Assembly: GCA_023920165.1 (NCBI GenBank)
Contig: CP089274.1
Coordinates: forward strand, 372,001-436,000
DNA: 64,000 bases
Direction: 5' to 3'
DNA from: Curvularia clavata
Lineage: Eukaryota
Below are positions 1 through 10,453 of this stretch, in pieces; positions within the stretch are counted from its first letter, which is position 1; every line of letters starts with the position of its first letter. The notes below the pieces were generated by a model, which saw only the letters and a list, made by a program, of their open reading frames with translations, searched no databases and was not told the DNA's origin. The position numbers were made by a program, and so were the translations under genes.

Positions 1-231
1 GCCAAGGAGGAGAGAATTGAGGGCGATGCCTTTGGCACAAAATACGCCTCCAACAAGGGTAAGAAGAAGACCGGAGTGCGGAGAGCGGCTGGCACTCTGT
101 CAGAACTATCTGGTGGCCAGACGATGGCGTACATGGAGGTGAACAAGAGCAGGAACAAAGAGTTGAAGGGAACAAAGGGCGTCCAAAATGCATTTATGAG
201 GAAGCTTGCCCGATCTGGAGCTAAGAAGTGA
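1..231 (+). CDS. SSL2: 3' end of TFIIH helicase subunit XPB/Ssl2 (partial)
   Basis: Frame 1 is open to TGA at 229-231: ...RRAAGTLSELSGGQTMAYMEVNKSRNKELKG...NAFMRKL. This resembles the Ssl2/XPB C-terminal tail (GGxxMAYME...NKELK) as I recall it. Confidence 0.75.
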   Translation, partial: AKEERIEGDAFGTKYASNKGKKKTGVRRAAGTLSELSGGQTMAYMEVNKSRNKELKGTKGVQNAFMRKLARSGAKK

Positions 232-1478
232 GATTGAATATTTCTGGCTTATTGCTCATCGAGTTTGGTCGTCGCATAGTCTATTCTAGAAGAAAATAAT
301 AGAAAAACAGAACCTGATGTATTTCAGGGTATATATCTAGTGGTTCAGTGCTCTTCAAGTTGTCTTGGATTGTGACCTAGTATCCTTTTGCGAATATGAC
401 TGTTTGAGCAGTGTGAAATCTTTGTGCACATGACTTGAGACTCCATCCATACAGGATTAGTCCTCGCCGTCTAGACACCATTCCACACAACCGTCCATCA
501 AGCTACCTCCGCCTTCCGCCAAGCCGGTCCTACTTCTTTATCCGAACTACCGTATCACGCTCGGGTAAGGTGCATTACCTGCGTGAACGTCAACCAGAAT
601 CACACGAACCTGCAATAACAGTATCTCAAAAACCCAACACGTGCTTGCTCGGCCAAGCCATCGGCAGTTCTCAAGCGGCTCTCTATTCGCCCGGAGCTCG
701 CAACATGTCTCTCCCGAGCTGCGTTTGGGACAAGAACTTGCCAAGAACCCCCTCCCACGTCACATCCCCGCCTTACCTTAGGCTTGGCTCTCCATATTGT
801 CTGGGGGTGTTGTGTGTTTTAGAGAAAATGTGGGATTTAGCGTGACTGTATGGGGAAGGTGAGTGGCGTCGGGTACTGTTACCCCAGGTGTTTGGTGCGT
901 GTGGCTAACGGGTGCTGAGTATGGGCAGGGCTAAGGCGTAGTAGTGTGGTGGGAGGTTGGTGAAGGCGTTCTGGGCCTTGTTTTGCGGGAGGTCTGCTGT
1001 GGTTGTTGAGCGTGTTTACTTGAAATAATTTGAAAATGGCTATTGGCATTCTCAAGATATTCATTAGAGTAGTTATTTTTCTTCTAAATTTGGAGAGAGA
1101 AGCTATGCTAATGGTATTAAAAGGAATGTCCAGCGGGCATAGTACTCGTTGACTCGATTTCGCCGTGGTCTTCATGTCAGGCTGTAGGACGCGTTTAAAC
1201 GCTTCAACATGAGTAAATAGCTGCCAGCTTTATTCAAGCCTCTTGAGTCTTGTTTTGGATCAACTCTTGGCCGTCAGCACCGAGTTACACACAGCAAGTT
1301 CATTACGAACATGCGGGAGGGGTTGGCAGTGGGGACATACCAAGAGTCTCCACTGGCCTGTGGCACAACTACGGATAAGGATTCGCGGTCATGTATAAGG
1401 CTCTGATCACCTATAATGGACATCTCTTGGTGAACCCATCAATCCCCACCAGCATACCTTTCGCAAACAGACACCAAG

Positions 1479-3728
1479 ATGGCGCGTGATGTTGCGGTTG
1501 ACTCTACGGAGAAAGACCACACCTACGCCATGGAAGAAATTCCCATGGAAAAGACATCATTGGCCAACTCACCAGAGCATCTCCACGAGGCCATGAAAGC
1601 TGGTCTCAGTCGCGAAGATGCCGAGTTCCTCCATAGCATCGACAAAGCCACGCAAAAGAAGATCTTCCACAAAGTCGACTGGCGCTTGTGTCCTATGCTC
1701 GCCGTCTTATACCTCATCTCTCATCTCGACAGAGCAAACATCGGGTAGGCAGTCTCACATTTGTACCCAAGAAACGTACAAACATCCGCTAACTCACCCC
1801 TTCAAGCAACGCGAAGATCGAAGGGCTCGAAAAGACCCTCGGTATGAAAGGCACAGATTACAATGTCGCCCTCATGGTTTTCTTCGTGCCCTACGTCCTC
1901 TTTGAAATCCCATCCAACATGCTTCTTGCAAAGTTCAAGCGTCCGTCGTATTACATGGGCACACTGACCTTGTGCTGGGGCACCGTCATGACTGTCATGG
2001 GCCTGGTGCAGAATCTCGCTGGGCTATGTGCTACAAGGTTCTTTCTGGGCTTGTTCGAGGCGGGATTCTTCCCAGGGGCTATTTATCTGGTCGGCCAGTG
2101 GTATCCGCCAGACCGCACGCAGTTCCGCATGGCGCTGTTTTACTGCGCGTCGGCTACGAGTGGGGCGTTCTCGGGGCTGCTGGCTGCGGCGATTGCGAAG
2201 ATGAATGGTGTGTGGGTCTCCTGGCTGATTGTGAGAGTATGACTGACTGTTTGACATAGGGATTGCTGGACTTGAAGGGTGAGTGTCGTCACAACTTCCT
2301 GGCGAAATTCTGGAAAAAGACTAACTCGTAAGAAAGCTGGCGATGGATCTTCATCCTCGAGGGAATCGTTACTGTTGTCCTGGGCATATCTGTCTTCTTC
2401 CTGCTTCCAGACTCGCCAGATCACGCAGCCGGACGATGGCTCACACACGACGAAGCGCGCTTCCTTCGCCTCACACACATAGTTACTCGCGGCCTAAAGC
2501 GTGAGCGCCGCGTCAATCCCGATGGCAAAAAGGAACGTGTGAAATGGGGTGTCATCGGCCAAGTTGTAAAAGACTGGCAGATATACCTCCAAGCCCTCGT
2601 TTTCGCCAGCAACGCCGTACCAAACTACGGTCTGAAATTCACCATGCCACAGATTCTCAAGAACAGTAAGCCATCAAGTCAGTCCAAATGGTTGTCAAAC
2701 ACTCACAACAGAACAGTGGGCTTCACCAGCACTACCGCACAACTCATGACCGCGCCGCCCTATGCCTGTGGCGCCATCTCCGCATTAATATCTTCTCTCC
2801 TCGCAGATAGATACACCTGGCGCATGCCTTTTATCGCAAGCGCCCAAGCCCTACTCATCATCGCCTACGCCATCCTCTTCGCAAAGGCAGAAGCCATAAA
2901 AGACAACGTAGCAGTATGCTACTTTGCCGTGCACGTTGCTTGCATAGGCCTGTATCCCATTCTGCCTGGCTGCAACGCCTGGACTATAAATAATCTCGCT
3001 GGTCCCGAAAAGCGAGCTGTTGGGTACGTCTGTCTTCGCAGTCACTACGTTTGTTTGTCTGTTTGTTTGCTACCCACACGTGACGCCCACACTCACTTCT
3101 ATATCACCTTTCACTGCTATATCACTTCAAGTACGCGTATATATATCGCAAAATTAGGTATCTTTCCATCAAGTCAATCAACTCGACTTAGCCTCATCGG
3201 GTGGGCCTTCTAGCACAAATAACTAACTAGGTATTTGGGCTGTGAGCTAGGAGGGGCGCCTGTCTGCCGTAGAACACTCAAAGAGTTCGAATCCCAAGTA
3301 GAACCATTTACATGAAAGTTCGATCCGGAAGGCAGGCGTCGGGCAGCAGGGGCACGTGGGAGTTTGATTGATTTGATTTTTGCTGCTTTTTTTTTACTCG
3401 CCCTCACATACATATCACCAAATAAACGGAATGGATATGCTGACTTAATCACAGTATCGCTACTATGATCTGCATAGGCAACCTCGGGGGTATAGTTGGC
3501 AGCTTCATCTTTCAAGAAAAGGAATCACCGCGATACGAAACTGGGTTCGGCTCTTCACTGTCCTTTGCAGCGGCGGGCCTGGTATCAGCATTTACGCTGG
3601 AGTTCCTATTCGCAAGGATAAATAGGCGGAATGCGAAGAAGACGGAGGAAGAGTGGCGCGCGATATATACTCAGGAGCAACTGGAGAAGATGGGGGATCG
3701 GAGTCCGTTGTTTAAGTATCACTTGTAG
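1479..3728 (+). CDS. MFS transporter, allantoate/nicotinate (ACS, Dal5/Tna1-like) family; 6 exons including a ~19-nt micro-exon
   Basis: Motifs KVDWRL, LDRANIGNAKIEG, FEIPSN, RFFLGLFEAGFFPG, GLEGWRWIF, NNLAGPEKRAVG|IATMICIGNLGG. GT-AG introns restore one frame. The last intron (3024-3454) is 431 nt; the others are ~50-60 nt. Confidence 0.93.
3168..3381 (+). ncRNA. Candidate Pol III-type structured ncRNA nested in the last MFS intron; identity unknown
   Basis: TATATATAT at 3138-3146. Terminal stem 3168-3184/3360-3377. A-box-like TAGCCTCATCGG at 3189-3200. B boxes GTTCGAATC (3285-3293) and GTTCGATCC (3318-3326). T5 at 3377-3381 and T9 at 3387-3395. Internal 15-bp helix 3255-3269/3326-3340. Confidence 0.6.
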
Positions 3729-3879
3729 GACCAAGGAAATGGAAAGCGCAGACAGAGGGAGTGGTTAGCTATGGTTTGGAGTATGCTGGCTAGCTTTACC
3801 TGTTCATCATCTGTATCCCCCGCCCTGGGCCACGGAAATCTCCACGTGCCGCAAAGAATCTGCGATTTTGGTATATTGG

Positions 3880-4190
3880 AGATCACGCTAGCTACCGCTA
3901 GTATTATACTATAATAACAAAACACTTATACTTAAAGCTATACTCTACAAACTTAGAAAGGCAGTTGAAACATCGTAGTATACTTGCTCCTATTGTCAAT
4001 TATTCCATATCAGCTAGTCTAGGGGTAATTTACTTTATACCCCTATATACTGTAGGTTAATATATAATTAACTACAGGAATTTCTATATATCAGAGGGAT
4101 GAAACAATATGACTGTTGCAGAAGAAGATATTTCTACATTTGTTTAACATCTTGTCTTTAAATACAAGCTGATCTATTTTCTTTCACAGG
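3880..4190. repeat. AT/TpA-rich patch, probable RIP-degraded relic
   Basis: Abrupt drop in GC and abundant TA dinucleotides (gtattatactataata, ttaatatataatta); no ORF. Confidence 0.4.
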
Positions 4191-4328
4191 CAACAGCGTG
4201 CAGACGTGGAAGGTGATGATTGGCTAATCATCAGTACCCCGCTCGCGCCTTGGTAGGATCTCACTAACAAACAACGATTAACGTATAGTTATTGAAGGTT
4301 CCCCCATATACCCCATGAGGTTTTGATA

Positions 4329-7300
4329 ATGGGTTTGTTCAAAAAGTTCTTATCATCGAAAGGGAAGGTGGGACGTGTCTCAAGCCAAGAGCCTGGAGGC
4401 AGCTCGGAGGCTGAGGTTGAGCGGTTCGGCCTCTTCTTGCTCAAAAACGAAACAGTGGCCCCGCATGATTTGGAGTGAGTCTTCATTCATTGATACATGC
4501 TGATACAATATGCCTCCAGTAGAATTCAAACTGGTGATTGCATGTCTGACTAGACAGCAGTATCATAGCGGTTCATGGCTTAGGAGGTCACTACCGTGAG
4601 ACTTGGTCCGAATCTAATGGTAAATTTTGGATTTATGATTTTGTGCCTCCAAAACTCCGAGATTCTGGGGTGAATAGTCGGGTATTTTCCTATGGCTATA
4701 ACTCAAGCACTGCGTTTAGCAAGGCCGTCACAGACATCACTGATGAGGCAGCAATGCTACTTGAACGAATCAGAGGAGAGCGTAAATCGCAATCAGACCT
4801 TCATAAGCCGATTATCTTCATCGCACACAGCCTTGGCGGTATCCTGGTCAAGAAGGTGTGTGTCCAATCCGTCAGCCTCGACTACATATACTCTGTCCCG
4901 CGGGTTCTACACCCTCGCAGACCTCCCAAATTTTAACTAGAATATTAGGCCATGGTTATTGCACATGAACGTTCCCGCGAATATGGAGACTTGCTTCACA
5001 GTATCAAGGGTGCAATGTTCTTTGGAACCCCGCACCGTGGATCTGATGCTGCGTATTGGGCTGCTTATGCGGCCAGAGTCCTAAAAGTAATTCAGCTTGG
5101 CCGTGGTACAAACGTCGCGTTCGTCTCTGCATTACAGAAAAATTCGGAAGTGTTTGCGAACATATCAGAGCAATGGGTGGAGCGTACAGCTCCACTTAGA
5201 ATCAGGACCTTTTATGAAACCGAGCGATTGCATGGTGAGCTTGTAAGTCTTAATATTCCTCTTCCTGAGATCACGTAATGGCGAAGTAGCCTGTTCTACA
5301 AAATGACTGGACAGATGTAAATGTTGACCCCATTAGGTTGTGGATAAAGACTCCGCGAAGCTCGGAATAGTGAACGAGGTAGCCATCGGTATCGCTGGCT
5401 CAGACCATAGAAGCATGTGCAAATTTGGGGATTCTAATAGCCAGAAGTACAGACCAGTCCGGGATGCCATCGAAGAACTTGCAGAGCATGCACTTGGAAG
5501 GCAGATCGCTTGTGAGTAGTTCTAATTTGTTGGCACAGATGGGTTCAGCGATTCTTTATATGTCCATGATACGCCACTTCTCACTTTGAAACTATCTATA
5601 TCTTATGGCAGAATCCTGGAAGCGACAGAGTCACCTTGTATAGTTTCCTTCATAAGACTTCATGGCAGGTACAGTAGCTGACGTGTGAAGCCACTGCCAG
5701 CCATTTGAATGGAGACGATTATGCCAAGCAAATACTTCTATTCTCCGGCGTAAAAGTAGCAAAATCAAACCCTCCAGCTTCTTTCAATCCCTCGTGGGAT
5801 GATCATGCTACCGAGGAATCTCTCGAGTGGCTCACCAAGAGCGCTGAGTACAAAACGTGGGAAAACAATGAAGATAGTGCATCACTTTGGCTTCATGGCC
5901 AGCCTGGCGACGGTAAGACGTTTGCTATGGCATACGTTCTCAAGAGCTTTAGCAGGCAACCCATCTATACACAGAAACGGCTCGTGGCCTCTGTCTTCTG
6001 CTCACGTACTGATTCTGATATCGGGCTGGTCACTGCACTCGCTCTACAGTTCATCCGGAAGGACGAATATCGAGTCCATGTTGCCCAGGAAAAGATGGAT
6101 ATCACCAATTTCTATAAGAAAAAGCACAGCGACAGTGAAATAGGAAGGAACTTGTGGAAACTGCTCGAAATTTTGATTGTTACAGAGCCAGACTACGAAG
6201 CGGTCATCCTTATTGACGGAATTGATGAGCTTAGTATCCGTATGAGAAGGTCGTTCTTCGAGAGCTTCTTTGCACTTCAGACAAAGATTCAGCAAACCAT
6301 GGTAGTCCGAGTGCTCATATCATCAAGACAATATGCAGATATCAGAGAGGCTCTTGGCCATTATCCTAGCATAGAAAAGGATAAAGAAAGGAAGGGTAAA
6401 TAATTCTGCTTTGGAAAAGGACAAATAGCTAACAACACAAAAAGAGTGTCTCGCTACCCTCTTCTTCCAGGAGTGGAATTCACGAGAAACTCGTGTAGAA
6501 AAATTCGCAATCGGGGGAGGCTGGCTTTCTTCCAATGACGCGTACCAAAGATGGATATCGGACCCTACTCACAATCTGCTTTGGATAGAAGGGAAGCCTG
6601 GTAGTGGAAAATCAACCCTAGCGAAGCATATTGTGCGCAAGATTCGAGACGAGCGAACAGCTTCCCAAGCTACCAGTAGCAATCCATCCGACAGTCATGA
6701 TGACCGTAATATTCCATCAATTGAAAACGAGGCCGTTATCATCGCAGAGTTTTACTACAGCTTCCGTGGGGGCTGCAAGGAGACCAGCCACGAACTCATG
6801 CTTCGTTCAATTGTCTATCAGATCTGGAAACAAAACTATAGGCTTTTCCCCCTCATTCAAGATCAATATCGAGAATTGAAGCAGAAGGGACCGGTTCTCT
6901 GGACTTACGATGATCTGAAGTCCGCCTTGGATTCCCTTCATTTAATTGATTTCGACCTTAGAGTTTTTATCGTTGTGGATGCAATGGACGAATCCGAGAG
7001 TTACAACCGTACTGACATTCTTCAGTTTCTACACCTCCTATCGAGTCATGAAAACAATTGCAGCAGCCGTTGTAGCATCAGGTTGCTGGTTGCTAGTCGG
7101 CCTGAGATCAAGCCCGATCCGCATATTGGTCAATACGCTCACATCATCCTCCAGAAAGAGAATGACGCCGACATACGAGTCGTTGTAAGAAATTGGATTG
7201 AGACTACCGGAATGGATGATCATGACCTGTTGTCAGAAATTCAAGATTACATTGTGGCACATTCCGATGGTGTGTTTCTCTGGGTATCTCTTGTTCTCAG

Positions 7301-8660
7301 AGACCTCAAAATGTACATCGAGTCAGGGGGCTATAGACCGTCCCATCTACGAGCTTACCTACGTGGTCTTCCTAAAGAACTCGGAGGACGAGATGGATAT
7401 TATCGAGCCATGATCGATCGTTTGGTCGTTACATCTGATCAACGAACTGATCAAAGGGAGAGAATGGAGGACGGCCAGAGAATTCTAGCGTGGACAACTT
7501 TCTCAAAACGACCTTTGCTTCTCTCTGAATTGACAGATGTACTCGCTGCTCCTGCGCAGTCCAAAAGAATGGACCTATCAGACGAGAACTTGGCAGATCA
7601 CAGGCCACGTGATCTGAATCGAGGTATATTATCATTTTGTGGGGGACTAGTTGAGGTGAGGTTCGCCTCTCATCATTCTGGACTACACTAAAACATTCTC
7701 ACGCAGTTGCAGGAGGCGGAATCTGGCCAGATCGTACAACTTATCCATCTGACTGTCAGAGAGTTCCTTCTTGATCGAAGACCTCCGCCACCCGCTGAAC
7801 CATACGATCTCGATGAGACCCAGGGAGATATTGAGATCGCAAGTACGTGCTCTCGTTACCTACGTATCGTTTTCGCCTCGAAAACCCTTCCAGAGATTGA
7901 TTCGGAGTTTTCCCATGCGGAGGAATTAATAGTGCACCTTTCGAATTATCCATTGCTCACTTACGCCATCAATCATTTCGAAGACCACCTACATAATTCA
8001 GGGTCTGGCATTGAATCTACTCGAATAAGGGAGGAATTCAAGGTTTTTGTCAGGGGCCTTGGGGAAAAGGAGTCATACCCTTCCCTTCTACTTTTACGAT
8101 GGATACGAAGTCTAAATTGGACGACACTAGATTTGGACATCGACGAAGCTTCTGCAATGAATTGTCTGAACATTTTGTTGAATTGGGCCGCTAAGGCCGG
8201 TAAAGATGAAGCTTCGAACGCCCTGCTTGCGCTTGGAGCCGAGATCAATACCCGATACACTCAACAACCTACTCCCCTGACGAACGCTGCTCGATACAAC
8301 CATTTGTCTACTGTCAAACTATTGATCGAAAATCGTGCCAATGTCGACATGCAGAGTGGATACTACGGTGACGCTCTACAGGCGGCTTCATCCAAAGGCC
8401 ACGAGCAAATCGTAAAGCTGCTGCTAGAAGGAGGCGCTAATGTTAACGCGCAGTGTGGACACTATGGTAACGCTCTCCAGGCGGCTTCATCTAACGGTCA
8501 CAAGCAAGTTATAATACTGCTGCTAGAAAGAGGCGCTGATATCAACGCGCGAGGTGGACCCTACAGTACCGCTCTCCAGGCAGCGTCATCCGAAGGCCAC
8601 GAGCAAATCGTAAAGCTACTGCTAGAAGGAGGCACTGATGTTAACGCGCAGGATAGATGA
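4329..8660 (+). CDS. Fungal NLR/STAND protein: SesB-like alpha/beta hydrolase + two NACHT-type NTPase domains + ankyrin repeats (~1259 aa, 7 exons)
   Basis: Exons 4329-4474, 4561-4855, 4949-5242, 5337-5511, 5691-6395, 6445-7655 and 7707-8660 join in frame. Hydrolase motifs DIIAVHGLGG, AHSLGG, FFGTPHRGS, DHRSMCKF. P-loops LWLHGQPGDGKT and LWIEGKPGSGKST; Walker B LIDGIDE and VVDAMDE; SDGVFLWV. Ankyrin repeats of type ALQAASxxGHxQIVKLLLExGA. Confidence 0.9.
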
Positions 8661-8740
8661 TAGTATGGTACGCACGCTCTCTAGGCGGCTTCATCTAAAG
8701 GCCACTAGCTGGTAGTGAGTTTGCTTAAGTTAGCGGCACT
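8340..8740 (+). repeat. ~99-bp high-identity ankyrin tandem repeats; the last copy is degenerate
   Basis: The unit gctct(a/c)caggc(g/a)gc(t/g)tcatc...ggccacgagcaaatcgtaaagct recurs at ~8373, ~8472 and ~8571. A fourth copy at ~8676 lies past the stop and contains TAG codons. Confidence 0.85.
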
Positions 8741-9559
8741 GTCACATGAGCAAAGGTCGCAGAAATTTCTCAAATAATGAAAGAATTGCACTTCTCTAGA
8801 TTGCCTTGCAACACTGTTCATTGTTCCAATGAAGCGGCTTACTTAGATGTGCTCAATATCTTCTGGTGCTGGCCCGGTCAAGCGTGTAAAATGTCAACAT
8901 GCTTACAACCGATAGAACAATTTGGAAGCAGTATCACACTGAGTTCTACAACTACGAAAAGAGGCGGCAGTCAACCTGCACCAGCCACAGGCCTACCAAA
9001 TTGAACCGAAAAAGAATACTTTATTCCTGTATTTGAAAATCATATGTTGTGGAAAGTGGCGCTAAGTCGATGTATCTGATAAGCTTCCAAGACTTTCGTT
9101 CATGAGTGGAGCACAATTTGGTTGCTATGTGTAGGGTAAAAGCCATATTCGCTAGCAACTATATTGATGCATTGATACGGAAGTTGGGTCTATGCTATTA
9201 GGTTAACAAGACGTTATTATAATATGGGAGAGACATTTATTAATTATAAAGCCAAAGCTGACTACCAGGTCATCTTCGACTTGCCGATAGAGTTGCTATA
9301 AGCTTAGCCTAGAGAAAACTATACTCTAGGCAGTTCCATACTAGCTATATGTTGTGGCACGATAGAAGATTGAGCGCAAGAAGATCAAGGGACAATCCGC
9401 AATCAGGTAGTCTAATAGCACTCGCCATTAGTAGATTGCGTGAAAAAGGTATCTATCTACGCTGAAAGTAAATCCTGATATATCCCAGTAGTCTAGTCAT
9501 GTGCTACTATACCACGATAAAGAAGCTAATCGTTAGAAATATAGCAATAGATATAGGAA

Positions 9560-10030
9560 TTATATACACATATAGTGTGAGGGTGTGGTGCCGCGACAGC
9601 GCCGCAATGACATCCACCCAGTGGCTCGACAGCGACTCGCTGGCGAGTCGTTGGCACAGATGGTAAAGAGTACCAGAGAACATATCTCCCATTATTACAA
9701 CAAGAACTATTCGTTACCACAACCCTACGACACCGTTGAGAAAGCGATTCCATAGAACAACTTTACTTACTCGCGTAAAGAAAGCTAAGAATTAGACATA
9801 GAAAAGCGTAAATCAATCTCATACCTTTTCATCATTTGGTCGCTACTACAGTTCTTCTTACTTATCAGCACTATACTGTACTAAGAACCAAAAACAGCTT
9901 CTTAGTATAGATAAACATGTTCTTAGTACTACTATAGATGGCCTCTTTGAAGTTCTGATATATCTTCTATATTAGCGCATAAAGTTAGATATACTATCAT
10001 TCGTCTGTTTACAAAGAAGCATCTACATTT
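9560..10030 (-). pseudogene. Probable RIP-inactivated gene remnant of unknown family
   Basis: Minus strand has a 40-nt GTATGA...CTAAT...TAG intron (9785-9824). It joins a frame reading ..DK*EEL**RPNDEK|LSLRE*VKLFYGIAFSTVS*GCGNE*FLL**WEICSLVLFTICAND, where all stops are TAA/TAG. Context is TpA-rich. Confidence 0.45.
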
Positions 10031-10453
10031 ACAGAAAAAGATAGAAAGAAAATCCAACTACAGATATAGTGTGAATATAACGCGTAGATAAAAGTTTTGT
10101 TTTCTAAGGATGAACCATCGATCTTTTCTTGTGGCCGAGGGGATTTGCGTGGCCCAGGGAGTGACAATAGCTAGTATCGTAAAGACGATCCGGTATTCGT
10201 GCACGATGAGATGGACCAGGAAAACGCTTCCTAGTATGTATGATGGAAGCCTGTGGATTTTGTCACTGTATATGTACTACGTTTAATTTTATACATGCAT
10301 ACGGGTGATGAAAAGAGACACAGTCTGCTGCTATACTTATGAAGTGAGGAAGCGTCAGTGCCATGCAAGACCTTGATAGTTGGACACGAGCTCAACAACA
10401 GTAGCACGAGAAAGCAGCGGGAGCCACATCAAATTCCCTATATTACAATCCTA

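Noticed and set aside
435..1175. ORFs 435-845 (+) and 879-1175 (-)
   Set aside because: No recognisable domains and one uses a non-ATG start; likely spurious intergenic ORFs.
2539..3213. ORF-track C-terminal extension YVCLRSH...GWAF of the MFS
   Set aside because: This is read-through into the intron; the spliced sequence KRAVG|IATMICIGNLGG fits the family.
3168..3381. TPP riboswitch or ordinary tRNA gene
   Set aside because: It lacks the CUGAGA and GAUAA-type TPP core. The B boxes have no pairing T-stems, and no acceptor stem or anticodon loop can be drawn.
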